Assembly (NCBI GenBank): GCA_964598335.1
Contig: CAZRBL010000001.1
Coordinates: 105,291-169,290 of the forward strand
Direction of reading: 5' to 3'
DNA length: 64,000 bases
From: an uncultured Rhodospirillales bacterium
GTDB lineage: Bacteria; Pseudomonadota; Alphaproteobacteria; CAZRBL01
A model generated the notes under the pieces. That model worked only from the letters and a program-made list of their open reading frames with translations, did no database searches and had not been told where the DNA came from. The position numbers were made by a program, and so were the translations under genes. The first letter of the stretch is position 1. Every line of letters starts with the position of its first letter. Of this stretch, positions 10,045 through 18,869 are shown piece by piece.

Positions 10045-10443
10045 ATGGAAAAAATCGAGAAAACAGACAGCGAATGGCGCGAGGCGCTGACCGAAGAGCA
10101 ATACTACATTTGCCGCAAGGCGGGCACCGAGCGTCCGTTTACCGGTGAGCTGCTTAATGAAAAGCGCGACGGAATCTTTCATTGCGTTGCCTGCGAGCTG
10201 CCGCTGTTTGAAAGCGGGACCAAATTCGACAGCGGCACCGGCTGGCCCAGCTTTTTTCGACCGATCAGTGATGAGGCCATAGCCGAGCACCGCGATATCG
10301 GCCTCGGCATGATCCGCACGGAAGTCTGCTGCAATCGCTGCGGCAGCCATCTCGGCCATGTCTTCAAGGACGGACCGCCGCCAACGGGCTTACGCTACTG
10401 CATCAATTCGGCGGCGCTGATGTTTGTGCCGGAAAAGCAGTGA
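10045..10443 (+). CDS. msrB: Peptide-methionine (R)-S-oxide reductase MsrB
   Basis: Last 132 codons of track ORF 9481..10443. ATG at 10045. Two CxxC pairs (CVACELP..., [13 protein letters not shown]). Conserved GTGWPSF and HLGHVF motifs. The upstream part of the track ORF is antisense to the methyltransferase gene. Confidence 0.9.
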   Translation: MEKIEKTDSEWREALTEEQYYICRKAGTERPFTGELLNEKRDGIFHCVACELPLFESGTKFDSGTGWPSFFRPISDEAIAEHRDIGLGMIRTEVCCNRCGSHLGHVFKDGPPPTGLRYCINSAALMFVPEKQ

Positions 10444-10449
10444 GCGGGC

Positions 10450-10968
10450 TCACTTTCGTCTGAACTGATCCAGCGAGACGACCTCGCCGGTCTTTTTCTC
10501 GCTATCCCCGGATTCATCGTCCGGCGTCGATGCGCCGGCAGCCTCCTCATGAGGCTGTTGCAGCACATCCATATCGCTGTTGCCGGTCATTGGCGGTGCT
10601 GCATCCTCATTATCACCGGCCTGGAACTGCAGGGCGAAATTGACCGACGGGTCGGCGAAGATGCTGATGGCGCCGAAAGGAATGCGCAAACGCTCAGGCA
10701 TGCCGTTAAAGCTCAGTGTCACCTCGAACCGGTCCTCGAACACTTCGAGCCCATAGAACTGGTGCTGCAGCACGATGGTCATCTCGCTGGGATAGCGGTC
10801 GCGCAGATAGTCGGCGATGTCGACGCCCGGATGCCCGGTGCGGAAGGTGATGTAAAAATGATGTTCGCCCGGCAGGCCCTCGCTCGCCGCCTGGCGGATG
10901 GCATGTTGCACCACCCCCCGCAAGGCGGTCTCGACCATCTGGTCATATCGCATTTGATCCCGAGCCAT
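10450..10968 (-). CDS. sspB: ClpXP adaptor SspB (stringent-starvation protein B family)
   Basis: The N-terminal domain aligns by eye with E. coli SspB (GVDIADYL / IVLQHQ / LEVFEDRFEVTLSFNGMPERLRIPFGAISIFA versus GVQVPMEY / IVLNIA / LELANDEVRFNARFGGIPRQVSVPLAAVLAIYA). An acidic linker follows. The C-terminus ends in a ClpX-binding-like tail (VVSLDQFRRK versus LRVVK). Confidence 0.8.
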   Translation of the reverse strand: MARDQMRYDQMVETALRGVVQHAIRQAASEGLPGEHHFYITFRTGHPGVDIADYLRDRYPSEMTIVLQHQFYGLEVFEDRFEVTLSFNGMPERLRIPFGAISIFADPSVNFALQFQAGDNEDAAPPMTGNSDMDVLQQPHEEAAGASTPDDESGDSEKKTGEVVSLDQFRRK

Positions 10969-11040
10969 ATCGGACCCTAACGCGCGGCGGCGCGGGGCTC
11001 AATGCTTGATTGGCGCTCGCGCGCCGGGCCTTGGCCCCTT

Positions 11041-11074
11041 ACCGAGGGGAGGCGGGGCGGAGGTGAGGGGCGGA
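11041..11074. repeat. GC-rich intergenic repeat, half-copy B
   Basis: ggaggcggggcggaggtgaggggcggaccggcc matches the right arm (gcggggcgggggtgaggggcggaccggcc) of the palindromic element at 23521..23613. Confidence 0.5.
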
Positions 11075-11107
11075 CCGGCCAAAACAAAAAAAGGCGCCGC
11101 AGCGTCT

Positions 11108-11144
11108 TTAAAAAATGAGGGGCTTCTGTTGCCCGGTGCCCCTC
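11108..11144 (-). terminator. Rho-independent terminator of ssrA
   Basis: On the minus strand: GAGGGGC-(14 nt loop)-GCCCCTC followed by ATTTTTTAAAG. Confidence 0.65.
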
Positions 11145-11445
11145 GGACCGCGCCTAAGCCATGCAAGCGGCCTAGGAGTTGAATTCGAAGCTACCGAGCT
11201 GCTTAAGCAGCCAGGCGGGCCTCAGCGTAGTTGTCGTTGGCAACTATCAAAACGGCCCGATAACGGTGGTACCATGCCGGGCAAAAACTGCATCTTTCAG
11301 CCCACGTCGATCCTGTTTCGCCCCCACCAAAAGCACCCTGTCGCTGCCCGTCTCAGAATGCTCTTGGTGGAGGCGCCGGGTACTGCCCCCGGGTCCGTAA
11401 AGCCTATTGCATACAGCGTTTATCGCCATAGCCGGGTGCTACCCG
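11112..11445 (-). ncRNA. ssrA: tmRNA (SsrA), circularly permuted two-piece type
   Basis: The minus strand carries the tag reading frame GCC AAC GAC AAC TAC GCT GAG GCC CGC CTG GCT GCT TAA at complement(11203..11241), encoding ANDNYAEARLAA. The coding-piece 5' end GGGGGCGAAACAGGAUCGACG is at complement(~11325). An acceptor piece ending GGCGCCUCCACCA-3' is at complement(11365..) with a T-arm-like CCGGG-GGCAGUA-CCCGG; acceptor-stem G3:U70 is consistent with alanine identity. The CCA-containing piece lies 5' of the GGGG piece, which is the permuted arrangement. Promoter and terminator are identified. The ORFs 11115..11474, 11179..11400 and 11247..11429 in the track are non-coding. Confidence 0.75.
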
Positions 11446-11453
11446 ACAACACC

Positions 11454-11482
11454 AATATATCGCGGAATCGTTAAGGATCAAA
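11454..11482 (-). promoter_or_regulatory. Sigma-70-type promoter for ssrA
   Basis: Minus strand TTGATC-(17 nt)-TATATT. The predicted TSS near 11447 coincides with the inferred start of the tmRNA precursor. Confidence 0.45.
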
Positions 11483-11546
11483 GGACGTTTGAGTTTTGGC
11501 GGTTTCGCGCCGGGCCGGGGCGGGGGTCAGCGGCGGACCGGCGAAC

Positions 11547-12047
11547 TCATTCAGCCGCGCGCTGAAAATGCAGCGCCAGCTGCTGGACGATTTCGTCGCC
11601 GACCGATTCCAGCGCCCGTTCGCGGGCATCCTGGGCGGACACATCCGTCGCCAGCTCGCTGTCGAGGATGTTGAAGCTGGTCGTGGCACGGGCCCGGCCC
11701 GAGGTAATCGGCTGCCCGGCGCTGCGGTTGATCAGGCTGAAGCGGGCCAGGATACGGACTTGAGTTCGGGTCGTCACCGCGTCGGGCTGAAGGCCAAGAT
11801 CGATCAATCTTTCCTCCAATGCGATCCTCAGCACATAGGGAAAGCTGTCCGGTTGTTCGGTCGCGGCAAGGCGTTGCTGCAGATAGGTGCGCAGGATCTG
11901 GCCGTTGCGCTCGGGGATCGTCGCGATGCCTATTTGCGCCAGCTCCTGCGGAACGCCGCTTTGTTCCCCTGACCAGGTGCCATAGACGGGCTGAAAGCCG
12001 CAGGCTGACAGGGTCATCAGGGCCATCAGGGCGAGTGCGGCTTTCAT
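11547..12047 (-). CDS. Lipoprotein, possibly LPS-assembly lipoprotein LptE-like
   Basis: An internal ATG gives MKAALALMALMTLSACGFQPVYG, a lipobox LSAC with Cys at +1. The size and the CGFQP(V/L)Y start resemble alphaproteobacterial LptE. The call is tentative. The first 14 codons of the track ORF look like translated leader. Confidence 0.4.
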   Translation of the reverse strand: MKAALALMALMTLSACGFQPVYGTWSGEQSGVPQELAQIGIATIPERNGQILRTYLQQRLAATEQPDSFPYVLRIALEERLIDLGLQPDAVTTRTQVRILARFSLINRSAGQPITSGRARATTSFNILDSELATDVSAQDARERALESVGDEIVQQLALHFQRAAE

Positions 12048-12182
12048 CGGCCCCGCTCTCGCCTTCGCTGGGTTTTCGCGCTGAGGCACCCCCTCGCTCC
12101 GGCCGTTTGTTCCAGGCGCAAGGGGAAGAGTGCCGCGTAGCGGCGGGGCGTGCGGGGCGAAGCGGCAGCGTGGGTCAGCATG

Positions 12183-13070
12183 TCACTCAGCCTGTTTCGC
12201 ATCGATCACCTCGCGCCGGATGGCGCGCGTGCGGCTGAAATAGTCGAACAGGAACTCTTCCTCGCCCCAGCGGATCGCCCGCTGCAGGGCGGTGAGGTCT
12301 TCGCTGAAGCGTTGCAGCATTTCCAGCACCGCCTCACGATTGTTGAGAAAAACATCGCGCCACATGACCGGGTCCGAGGCGGCGATACGGGTGAAATCGC
12401 GAAAGCCGGACGCGGAATAGCTGACCACCTCCTGCTTGATATGGTCCTCGAGGTCGGTGGCGGTGCCGACAATGGTATAGGCGATCAGATGCGGCAGATG
12501 CGAGGTGATGGCCAGCACCTTGTCATGATGCCCTGGCTCCATCTCGGTGACCTGGCTGCCCAGCCCCTGCCACAGCCGTGCCAGCCTATCCAGCGCCGCC
12601 TCGTCGGTGCCCGGGATCGGCGTCAAGATGCACCAGCGGCCGTGAAACAGCTCTTCAAAACCGGCATCGGGGCCTGATTTCTCGGTACCTGCAATCGGAT
12701 GACCGGGGATGAAATGCACATGCCCGGGCATATGCGGGCCGAGGTCGCGGATGGTTGATTGCTTGACCGAGCCGACATCGGTCACCGTTGCGCCGTCCTG
12801 AAGTGCGGGCGCAATCGCCATGCCAAGCGCGTTATAGGCGCCCAGCGGCGCGGCGATGACCACGAGATCCGCGTCTGCGACGGCGCCTTCCGGGCTGTCG
12901 GCGGTGCCGTCCGCAAGTCCGAGGTCGAGCGCGCGCCGCCGCGTCTTCTCGCTCGGGGCATAGGCGGTGATCTGCCCGGCGAGGCCGCGGCTGCGGATGC
13001 CGCGCGCCATGGACGAGGCGATCAGCCCGAAGCCGAGAAAGGCGATATGGCGGTAAAGCTGACCGCTCAT
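12183..13070 (-). CDS. tyrC: Prephenate / arogenate (cyclohexadienyl) dehydrogenase
   Basis: 295 aa. N-terminal Rossmann fold (IAFLGFGLIASSMARG). Catalytic HPIAGTE motif. Overlaps hisC by 4 nt. Confidence 0.85.
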   Translation of the reverse strand: MSGQLYRHIAFLGFGLIASSMARGIRSRGLAGQITAYAPSEKTRRRALDLGLADGTADSPEGAVADADLVVIAAPLGAYNALGMAIAPALQDGATVTDVGSVKQSTIRDLGPHMPGHVHFIPGHPIAGTEKSGPDAGFEELFHGRWCILTPIPGTDEAALDRLARLWQGLGSQVTEMEPGHHDKVLAITSHLPHLIAYTIVGTATDLEDHIKQEVVSYSASGFRDFTRIAASDPVMWRDVFLNNREAVLEMLQRFSEDLTALQRAIRWGEEEFLFDYFSRTRAIRREVIDAKQAE

Positions 13071-14197
13071 AAATCGGGGAAGCGGTCGGCGGCCAGCGTG
13101 CCCAGCCCATCGATCACCGCCCGCATCTCATGTTCCAGCCCGATCGAGATGCGAAGACAGGTCGGCAGCCCATAATTCGGCACCTGGCGCACCAGAATGC
13201 CTCGTTCGCGCAGAAACAGCCGCGCGGTTTCGGCCGGATCGTCCATGCCGCGCTCGCCCCAAGCGGCGAAATCAGCCAGCACGAAATTGCCGGCGCTGGG
13301 CGCGGCGTCGATGCCGAGCTGCCCAAGCTGGCCGCGCAGCCAGCCGACCCATTGGGTGTTATGGTCGATCGAGCGTTGCAGAAAATCGCTGTCCTTCATC
13401 GAGGCGGTTCCGGCGGCGACGGCGACGGCGTTCACATTGAAGGGATCGCTGAGCCGGTTGAGCGCCTCAATCACGTCCGGCGGCCCATAGGCCCAGCCCA
13501 GCCGCAAACCGGCCAAGGCGTGCAGTTTTGAGAAGGTGCGCGTCATGATGACATTGTCCATCTCGCTCGCCAGCGCGACGCCGCTATCATAATCGTCCTC
13601 GAGCACGAATTCGGCATAGGCGCCGTCCAGCACCAGCAGAATATCCGGTCGCAAACCGGCATGCAGGCGTCGTACCTCATCGGCTGTCAGATAGCTGCCG
13701 GTCGGGTTGTTCGGATTGGCCAGGAACAGGACTTTGGTGCGATCGGTGACGGCAGCGAGCAGGGCATCGACATCGGCGCGGCGGTCGGTTTCCGGCGCGC
13801 GGGCGACGGCGGCGCCGACCGATTTCGCCATGATCGGATACATCAGGAAGCCGTGCTGCGAATACAACGCCTCGCTCTCCGGTCCGAGATAGGCGCGCGC
13901 AATCAGGCTGAGGATCTCATCGGATCCGGCGCCGAACAGCAGCCGATCGGGATCGAGCCCATAGCGGTCATGAATGGCCTCCCGCAGCGTCCGAAAGCTG
14001 CCGTCAGGATAGCGATGAAGGGCCCCGGCAAGGTCGATGACTGCCTGTTTTGCCTTGGCGCTGGGGCCGAGCGCGCCTTCATTCGCGGCCAGTCGCGCCG
14101 GTTGCTCGACGCCGCTGATCTTGCCTTCGCCGGCAGTGTAGATCGGCAGATTCGCGATCCAGGGGTTGGGCTGCGGTGCATTTGTTTCGCTGGTCAT
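13067..14197 (-). CDS. hisC: Histidinol-phosphate aminotransferase
   Basis: 376 aa class-II aminotransferase. PLP lysine in the TRTFSK motif. NPNNPTG motif. Confidence 0.9.
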   Translation of the reverse strand: MTSETNAPQPNPWIANLPIYTAGEGKISGVEQPARLAANEGALGPSAKAKQAVIDLAGALHRYPDGSFRTLREAIHDRYGLDPDRLLFGAGSDEILSLIARAYLGPESEALYSQHGFLMYPIMAKSVGAAVARAPETDRRADVDALLAAVTDRTKVLFLANPNNPTGSYLTADEVRRLHAGLRPDILLVLDGAYAEFVLEDDYDSGVALASEMDNVIMTRTFSKLHALAGLRLGWAYGPPDVIEALNRLSDPFNVNAVAVAAGTASMKDSDFLQRSIDHNTQWVGWLRGQLGQLGIDAAPSAGNFVLADFAAWGERGMDDPAETARLFLRERGILVRQVPNYGLPTCLRISIGLEHEMRAVIDGLGTLAADRFPDL

Positions 14198-15078
14198 GGC
14201 AAGGCATAGGCTCCGAGTACGCCGAGACGCAACAGGCGGCCGGACAGCGCCTCGCCGAGGCGGGTCAGGCGTTCATCGTCATCAGCGAAAAATCCCTCGA
14301 CCTCAATCAGATGCAGATCGGGCTGATTAAGCTGCGGCATAGCGTCCTCTCCGCCGCTTCGCGCGCAGAAACGGCGCAACGTCATCCGGTTTTTCTGCAG
14401 CAGGTCCTGCATTCCGCCTCTGCTCATCGGTTCGGCGAGCTCGAGGTAGATCATGCTGGCATCCTTGCCGCTAGCCGCCGGCGCCACGCGACCGAGCACC
14501 AGGGCGCCGGTTTTGTCGCCATCGGTGAACGGCAGGCGCGCGATGACACGAAGCCGGTCGGCATCATCGCCGATCAGCAAGCGCCACCAGGGGTTCGGGT
14601 CGGTTTCGTCGGTGTCGCGCGGCTCGGCGACGACACCAAGCGCATTGCGGTCTTCGGCTACCGCGCGGACCACGCCGATCGCGCTGTTGAAATCGCGCAT
14701 CGGGGCACCGCCGAAATGATCGCGCGCCAGGGGGCCGAGCGTTTGCTGATCCTCGCTGCGATGCACGGCGATACGCAGCGGCGTTTGCAGCAGGGTGCTG
14801 GCGGTGATGATCTCACGCCAAAGCCGATGGATGACATCGAACGGCAATGGCCCGCTATGGCGCGCAGCACGGCGACGCATCAACGCGGCTTCGCGTTCCG
14901 GGCGCATTGCCGGTTCGCCGTTCCGGTCCGCCCCCTTTGTCGCCTTGATACGGTCGACGACCGCGGCGCGTTCCAGCAGTAACGCGTGCAACGCGTCATC
15001 GATGCGGTCGATTTCTTCGCGCAGCGCGGACAAGCCGGCATCGCTCTCGCTCCGGGCGTGGCTTTGGGGCTGGACCAT
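14194..15078 (-). CDS. Chorismate mutase (AroQ) with C-terminal PDT-like domain
   Basis: N-terminal AroQ helix-bundle signature (LREEIDRIDDALHALLLERAAVVDRIK). The ~190 aa C-terminal domain resembles a degenerate prephenate-dehydratase / periplasmic-binding-like fold. Overlaps the hisC start by 4 nt. Confidence 0.65.
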   Translation of the reverse strand: MVQPQSHARSESDAGLSALREEIDRIDDALHALLLERAAVVDRIKATKGADRNGEPAMRPEREAALMRRRAARHSGPLPFDVIHRLWREIITASTLLQTPLRIAVHRSEDQQTLGPLARDHFGGAPMRDFNSAIGVVRAVAEDRNALGVVAEPRDTDETDPNPWWRLLIGDDADRLRVIARLPFTDGDKTGALVLGRVAPAASGKDASMIYLELAEPMSRGGMQDLLQKNRMTLRRFCARSGGEDAMPQLNQPDLHLIEVEGFFADDDERLTRLGEALSGRLLRLGVLGAYALP

Positions 15079-15106
15079 GAACTCTATATATGGGTCGTCA
15101 AATCAA

Positions 15107-15181
15107 CGCGTTTGCAATTTTCAGGGGTTTGTAACCCCGCTGCAAGCGCGATACCAGCATCGGGCGCTGAGATAGAAAGAA
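15107..15181 (+). ncRNA. Candidate SAM-II-like riboswitch / structured leader of metXW
   Basis: CGCGUU (15107-15112) can pair with AGCGCG (15145-15150). The box UGCAAGCGCG is present, and I recall it from the SAM-II (metA/metX) element. There is an internal GGGG-UUUGUAA-CCCC hairpin. The tail is A-rich (GAUAGAAAGAAG) and contains the SD. The location is right for an alphaproteobacterial metX. Called from memory, not from a covariance model. Confidence 0.3.
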
Positions 15182-17026
15182 GTGCGAGCCGTGACTACCC
15201 TCGCGAAGACATCACCGCCGATTCCAGCTTACGATCCTGAGGCCCTGCCGGGACACAGGGTGGAGCTGGCGGCTGACAGGAAAATGCCGCTCGATTGCGG
15301 GATCGACTTCGGCCCGTTCACGGTTGCCTATCAGACCTATGGCACACCGAACGAGGCGCGCAGCAATGTCATCCTGGTCTGCCATGCACTGACCGGCGAT
15401 CAATACGCTGCCGAACGTCACCCGCTGACCGGCAAGCCGGGGTGGTGGCAGGCCATGATCGGTCCGGGCAAGCCGCTCGACACCGACCGTTATTTCATCA
15501 TTTGCCCCAATGTCATCGGCGGCTGCATGGGGTCGACAGGCCCGCGCGACAGCAACCCTGAGACGGGCGAGGTCTATGGCCTCGGCTTTCCGGTGATCAC
15601 GATTCGCGACATGGTGCGGGCGCAGAAGCTTCTGATCGATCATCTGGGTATCGAGAAGCTGTTCTGCGTCATCGGCGGTTCGATGGGCGCGATGCAGGTG
15701 CTGGAATGGGCCGTCAGCTATCCGGACAGCGTCGGCGCGGCCGTTCCGATCGCCGGCTCCTGGCGCCATAGCGCCCAAAACATTGCTTTTCATGAGGTCG
15801 GACGGCAGGCGATCATGGCCGATCCCGACTGGCATGGCGGCGCCTATAATGAGGTCGGTACGCGCCCGAAGCGCGGGCTCGCCGTGGCGCGCATGGCGGC
15901 GCATATCACCTATCTGTCCGAGGCGGCGCTGACCCGCAAATTCGGCCGCAGCCTGCAGGACCGGCCGGACATCACCTATGGCTTCGAGGCCGATTTCCAG
16001 GTTGAAAGCTATCTCCGGCATCAGGGCAGCACTTTCGTCGATCGCTTCGATGCGAACAGCTATCTCTTTATCACCCGGGCGATGGATTATTTCGATCTGG
16101 CGGCGGATCATGACGGCCAGCTATCGCCGGCCTTTGCCGGTACGCCGGTGCGGTTTGCGCTGATTTCGTTTTCCAGCGACTGGCTGTTCCCGACATCTGA
16201 ATCCCGTGCCGTCGTGCATGCGCTGAATATGGCCGGCGCCGAGGTCAGCTTTGTCGAGATCGAGACCGACAAGGGCCATGACAGTTTCCTGCTCGACGAG
16301 CCTGATTTTCATCAGGCAGTGAACGGCTTTCTCGACGGCTGTGCGCGCCAGGCAGGGCTGTTGGAGAGCGACGGCGGCAACGGCCGGGCAGGGCATGAGG
16401 CCAGGCGCGGCGATATCCGGCTCGATCTGCGATTGATCGGTGATCTGATCGAACCGGGGGCGCGCGTTCTCGACATCGGCTGCGGCGATGGCGAGCTGCT
16501 CGATTATCTGGTCAACGGCAAGCAGGTTGATGCGCGCGGGATGGAGCTGAGCCTTGACGGCGTGCGGGCCGCGGTCAGCCGCGGTGTGCCGGCGATTCAG
16601 GGCGATGCCAATACCGATCTCGCCGATTACCGCGCCGGCGCCTTCGATACGGTGGTTTTATCAAAGGCGCTGCAAGCGATGCATGATCCGCGGGCGGTGC
16701 TCGAGAATCTGGTGCGGATCGGCGGCCGGGCGATCGTCTCGATCAGCAATATCGGTTATTGGCGGCGCCGGCTGCATCTGCTGTTCTCGGGCCGAACGCC
16801 GGTGACCGATGAAAGCGAGACGCGGCTTTCCGGCTGGTGGGATACCCGCAATATCCATGACTGCTCGCTGCGCGATTTCACCGAGCTGTGCGATACCATC
16901 GGGGTCGAGGTGGAAAAAACTCTGCTGCTCGGCGGCAAGGGCAAGGTCCGTGAAGCCGTCCGCCCGTCAAGCTGGGACAATATCACCGCCGAGCAGGCCG
17001 TCTTCGTGATCAAGAAGCGGCGATAA
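15182..17026 (+). CDS. metXW: Homoserine O-acetyltransferase MetX fused in-frame to methionine-biosynthesis protein MetW
   Basis: 614 aa single ORF. Residues 1 to ~390 are the MetX alpha/beta-hydrolase (VAYQTYGT, nucleophile elbow GGSMGAM). Residues ~400 to 614 are a MetW methyltransferase-like domain ([12 protein letters not shown]...). The start codon is GTG. Confidence 0.85.
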   Translation: MRAVTTLAKTSPPIPAYDPEALPGHRVELAADRKMPLDCGIDFGPFTVAYQTYGTPNEARSNVILVCHALTGDQYAAERHPLTGKPGWWQAMIGPGKPLDTDRYFIICPNVIGGCMGSTGPRDSNPETGEVYGLGFPVITIRDMVRAQKLLIDHLGIEKLFCVIGGSMGAMQVLEWAVSYPDSVGAAVPIAGSWRHSAQNIAFHEVGRQAIMADPDWHGGAYNEVGTRPKRGLAVARMAAHITYLSEAALTRKFGRSLQDRPDITYGFEADFQVESYLRHQGSTFVDRFDANSYLFITRAMDYFDLAADHDGQLSPAFAGTPVRFALISFSSDWLFPTSESRAVVHALNMAGAEVSFVEIETDKGHDSFLLDEPDFHQAVNGFLDGCARQAGLLESDGGNGRAGHEARRGDIRLDLRLIGDLIEPGARVLDIGCGDGELLDYLVNGKQVDARGMELSLDGVRAAVSRGVPAIQGDANTDLADYRAGAFDTVVLSKALQAMHDPRAVLENLVRIGGRAIVSISNIGYWRRRLHLLFSGRTPVTDESETRLSGWWDTRNIHDCSLRDFTELCDTIGVEVEKTLLLGGKGKVREAVRPSSWDNITAEQAVFVIKKRR

Positions 17027-17083
17027 GGCTGCTCTTGTTCGCCACCCGCAAAGACCCGGCCGGCCTCGACCGCCCGAGCCTGG

Positions 17084-17641
17084 TCAATCGGCGGCGGTCG
17101 ATGTCGTCAGCGGGTAGTCGATCAGCGGCAGGTATTCGGGGCCGTCGGCGCGCAAATGGCTCTCGATCAGGGCAAAGCTGTCAACGGTAAAACGGCGCGA
17201 CCGAAACAGATTGTGGCGCTGCATATAGCCTCCTATGGCGCTCGGGTCGGGTTGTTTGAGCCGCGCCAGCGTGACATGCGGGCTGAATTTACGGCGTTCG
17301 AGCGCGATACCGGCTCGGCGCAGAGCCGTTTCAACCTTTCCCTGCAGGCGAATCAGAAGGCCGCTGGGCTCATCAACACCGACCCATAGGGTGCGCGCGC
17401 GGTGTCCGTCGCCGAAGGTACCGATGCCGGCGAGCGCCAAATCGAAAGCCGGGACACTGACTTCCGCCAATGCCGCATCTGCGTCATCGGCGGCAGCGCG
17501 GTCGATCTCGCCGAGAAAGGCGAGCGTGAGGTGATAATTGTCAGCCGGGACCCAGCGGGCGCCCGGCAGGTTTTCCTGCAGGCCGAGCAGCGCGTCCCGG
17601 ACATCCTCGGGAATGTCGATGGCAGTGAACAGGCGGGGCAT
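17084..17641 (-). CDS. thpR: RNA 2',3'-cyclic phosphodiesterase (2H phosphoesterase, LigT/ThpR)
   Basis: Two H-x-T/S-x motifs (HLTLAF and HVTLAR). 185 aa. Confidence 0.8.
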   Translation of the reverse strand: MPRLFTAIDIPEDVRDALLGLQENLPGARWVPADNYHLTLAFLGEIDRAAADDADAALAEVSVPAFDLALAGIGTFGDGHRARTLWVGVDEPSGLLIRLQGKVETALRRAGIALERRKFSPHVTLARLKQPDPSAIGGYMQRHNLFRSRRFTVDSFALIESHLRADGPEYLPLIDYPLTTSTAAD

Positions 17642-17712
17642 TGATCATGCTAGAACATTTTCGGGCCATTCCGGTCCAGAGGGGACCGGACATAAGGCAA
17701 ACGACAAAGCCC

Positions 17713-18756
17713 TCAGACACAAGGATCCGGATGCGCGGTCCAAAGCGCGTTGATTTCATCCATGATCTCGTCGCTCAAGGTCACCTCGGCGCTGCCGATG
17801 ACTTCCTTGAGCTGGTCCATTCCGGTGGCGCCCGGCAGCGGGCATGCTACAAAGGGCTGCTGGCGGACGAAGGCGAGCGCCATGTGCACCGGGTTAAGCC
17901 CGTGTTTTCGCGCGAGGTCGATATAGGCCTGCACCGCAGCTTCGGCGGGCGGGGTCCTGTAGCGGCTTTCGCGCGGATCGATATCGCGGCGGCTGCCCTT
18001 GGGGAGCCGGCCGCCGAGATATTTGCCTGACAGCGTGCCGCCGGCCAGCGGGCTGTAGGCCAGCAGGCCGACATCTTCGCGCAGGCCGATTTCCGACATG
18101 CCGTATTCATATTCCCGGATCAGCAGCGAATAGGCATTCTGCACCGTTGCAATGCGCGGCAAACCAAGTTTCTCGGCCATGTTCAGCCATTGCATGGTAC
18201 CCCATGGGGTCTCGTTCGAGATGCCGATGGCGCGGACCTTGCCGGCTTTCACGAATTCGCCGAGAACGGTCAAGGTCTCCTCGATCGGCGTTCGGTCGAG
18301 TTCCGGCTTGTGGCTGTAGCCGCGTTTGCCGAAGCGCCCGGTGACGCGGTCGGGCCAGTGCACCTGATAGAGATCGATATAATCGGTTTGCAGGCGCTGC
18401 AGGCTGCCGTTGAGCGCCTCTTCAAGATTGGCACGATCGAGCCGCCTTTCCTCACCGCGGATCCAGGGCAGGGGCGGACCGCCGCCGGTCACCTTGGTCG
18501 CCAGCACGATCCGGTCGCGGTTGCCGCGCGCCTTCATCCAGTTGCCGACAATTACTTCGGTCTTGTGGCAGGTATCGGGCTGCGGCGGCACGGCATAGAG
18601 TTCGGCCGTATCGAAGAAATCGATGCCGTGATCGACAGCATAATCCATCTGCTCGAACCCGTCCTGCTCAGTGTTCTGGACCGAGCCGAAGGTCATGGTG
18701 CCGAGACAGATCTTGCTGACGTCAATGCCGGTACGGCCAAGGGTGGTGCGTTGCAT
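17713..18756 (-). CDS. Aldo/keto reductase (Tas/YghZ-like NADP-dependent oxidoreductase)
   Basis: An internal ATG gives MQRTTLGRTGIDVSKICLGTMTFG, the typical AKR N-terminus. ~347 aa. The 40-codon extension in the track is unlikely to be real. Confidence 0.85.
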   Translation of the reverse strand: MQRTTLGRTGIDVSKICLGTMTFGSVQNTEQDGFEQMDYAVDHGIDFFDTAELYAVPPQPDTCHKTEVIVGNWMKARGNRDRIVLATKVTGGGPPLPWIRGEERRLDRANLEEALNGSLQRLQTDYIDLYQVHWPDRVTGRFGKRGYSHKPELDRTPIEETLTVLGEFVKAGKVRAIGISNETPWGTMQWLNMAEKLGLPRIATVQNAYSLLIREYEYGMSEIGLREDVGLLAYSPLAGGTLSGKYLGGRLPKGSRRDIDPRESRYRTPPAEAAVQAYIDLARKHGLNPVHMALAFVRQQPFVACPLPGATGMDQLKEVIGSAEVTLSDEIMDEINALWTAHPDPCV

Positions 18757-18869
18757 GGTGAATTCGCGTTTGCCAGGGGTTGTGGGACAGCGCAGCGCAT
18801 GGACAGCGGCGGGTCGCCCGCCTATTTCAGCGTCAAACAATAATTTAGAGATGCAGACGGCGGTACGCC

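Noticed and set aside
9481-10443. 320-aa ORF spanning the methyltransferase gene and msrB
   Set aside because: Only the last 132 codons (from ATG 10045) form MsrB. The upstream 188 codons are antisense to the methyltransferase gene and low-complexity.
11115-11474. ORFs of 119, 73 and 60 aa (and 72, 61 aa nearby) covering 11.1-11.5 kb
   Set aside because: The region is occupied by the ssrA (tmRNA) gene and its promoter. The ORFs have no coding signal and overlap the tag frame and acceptor stem.
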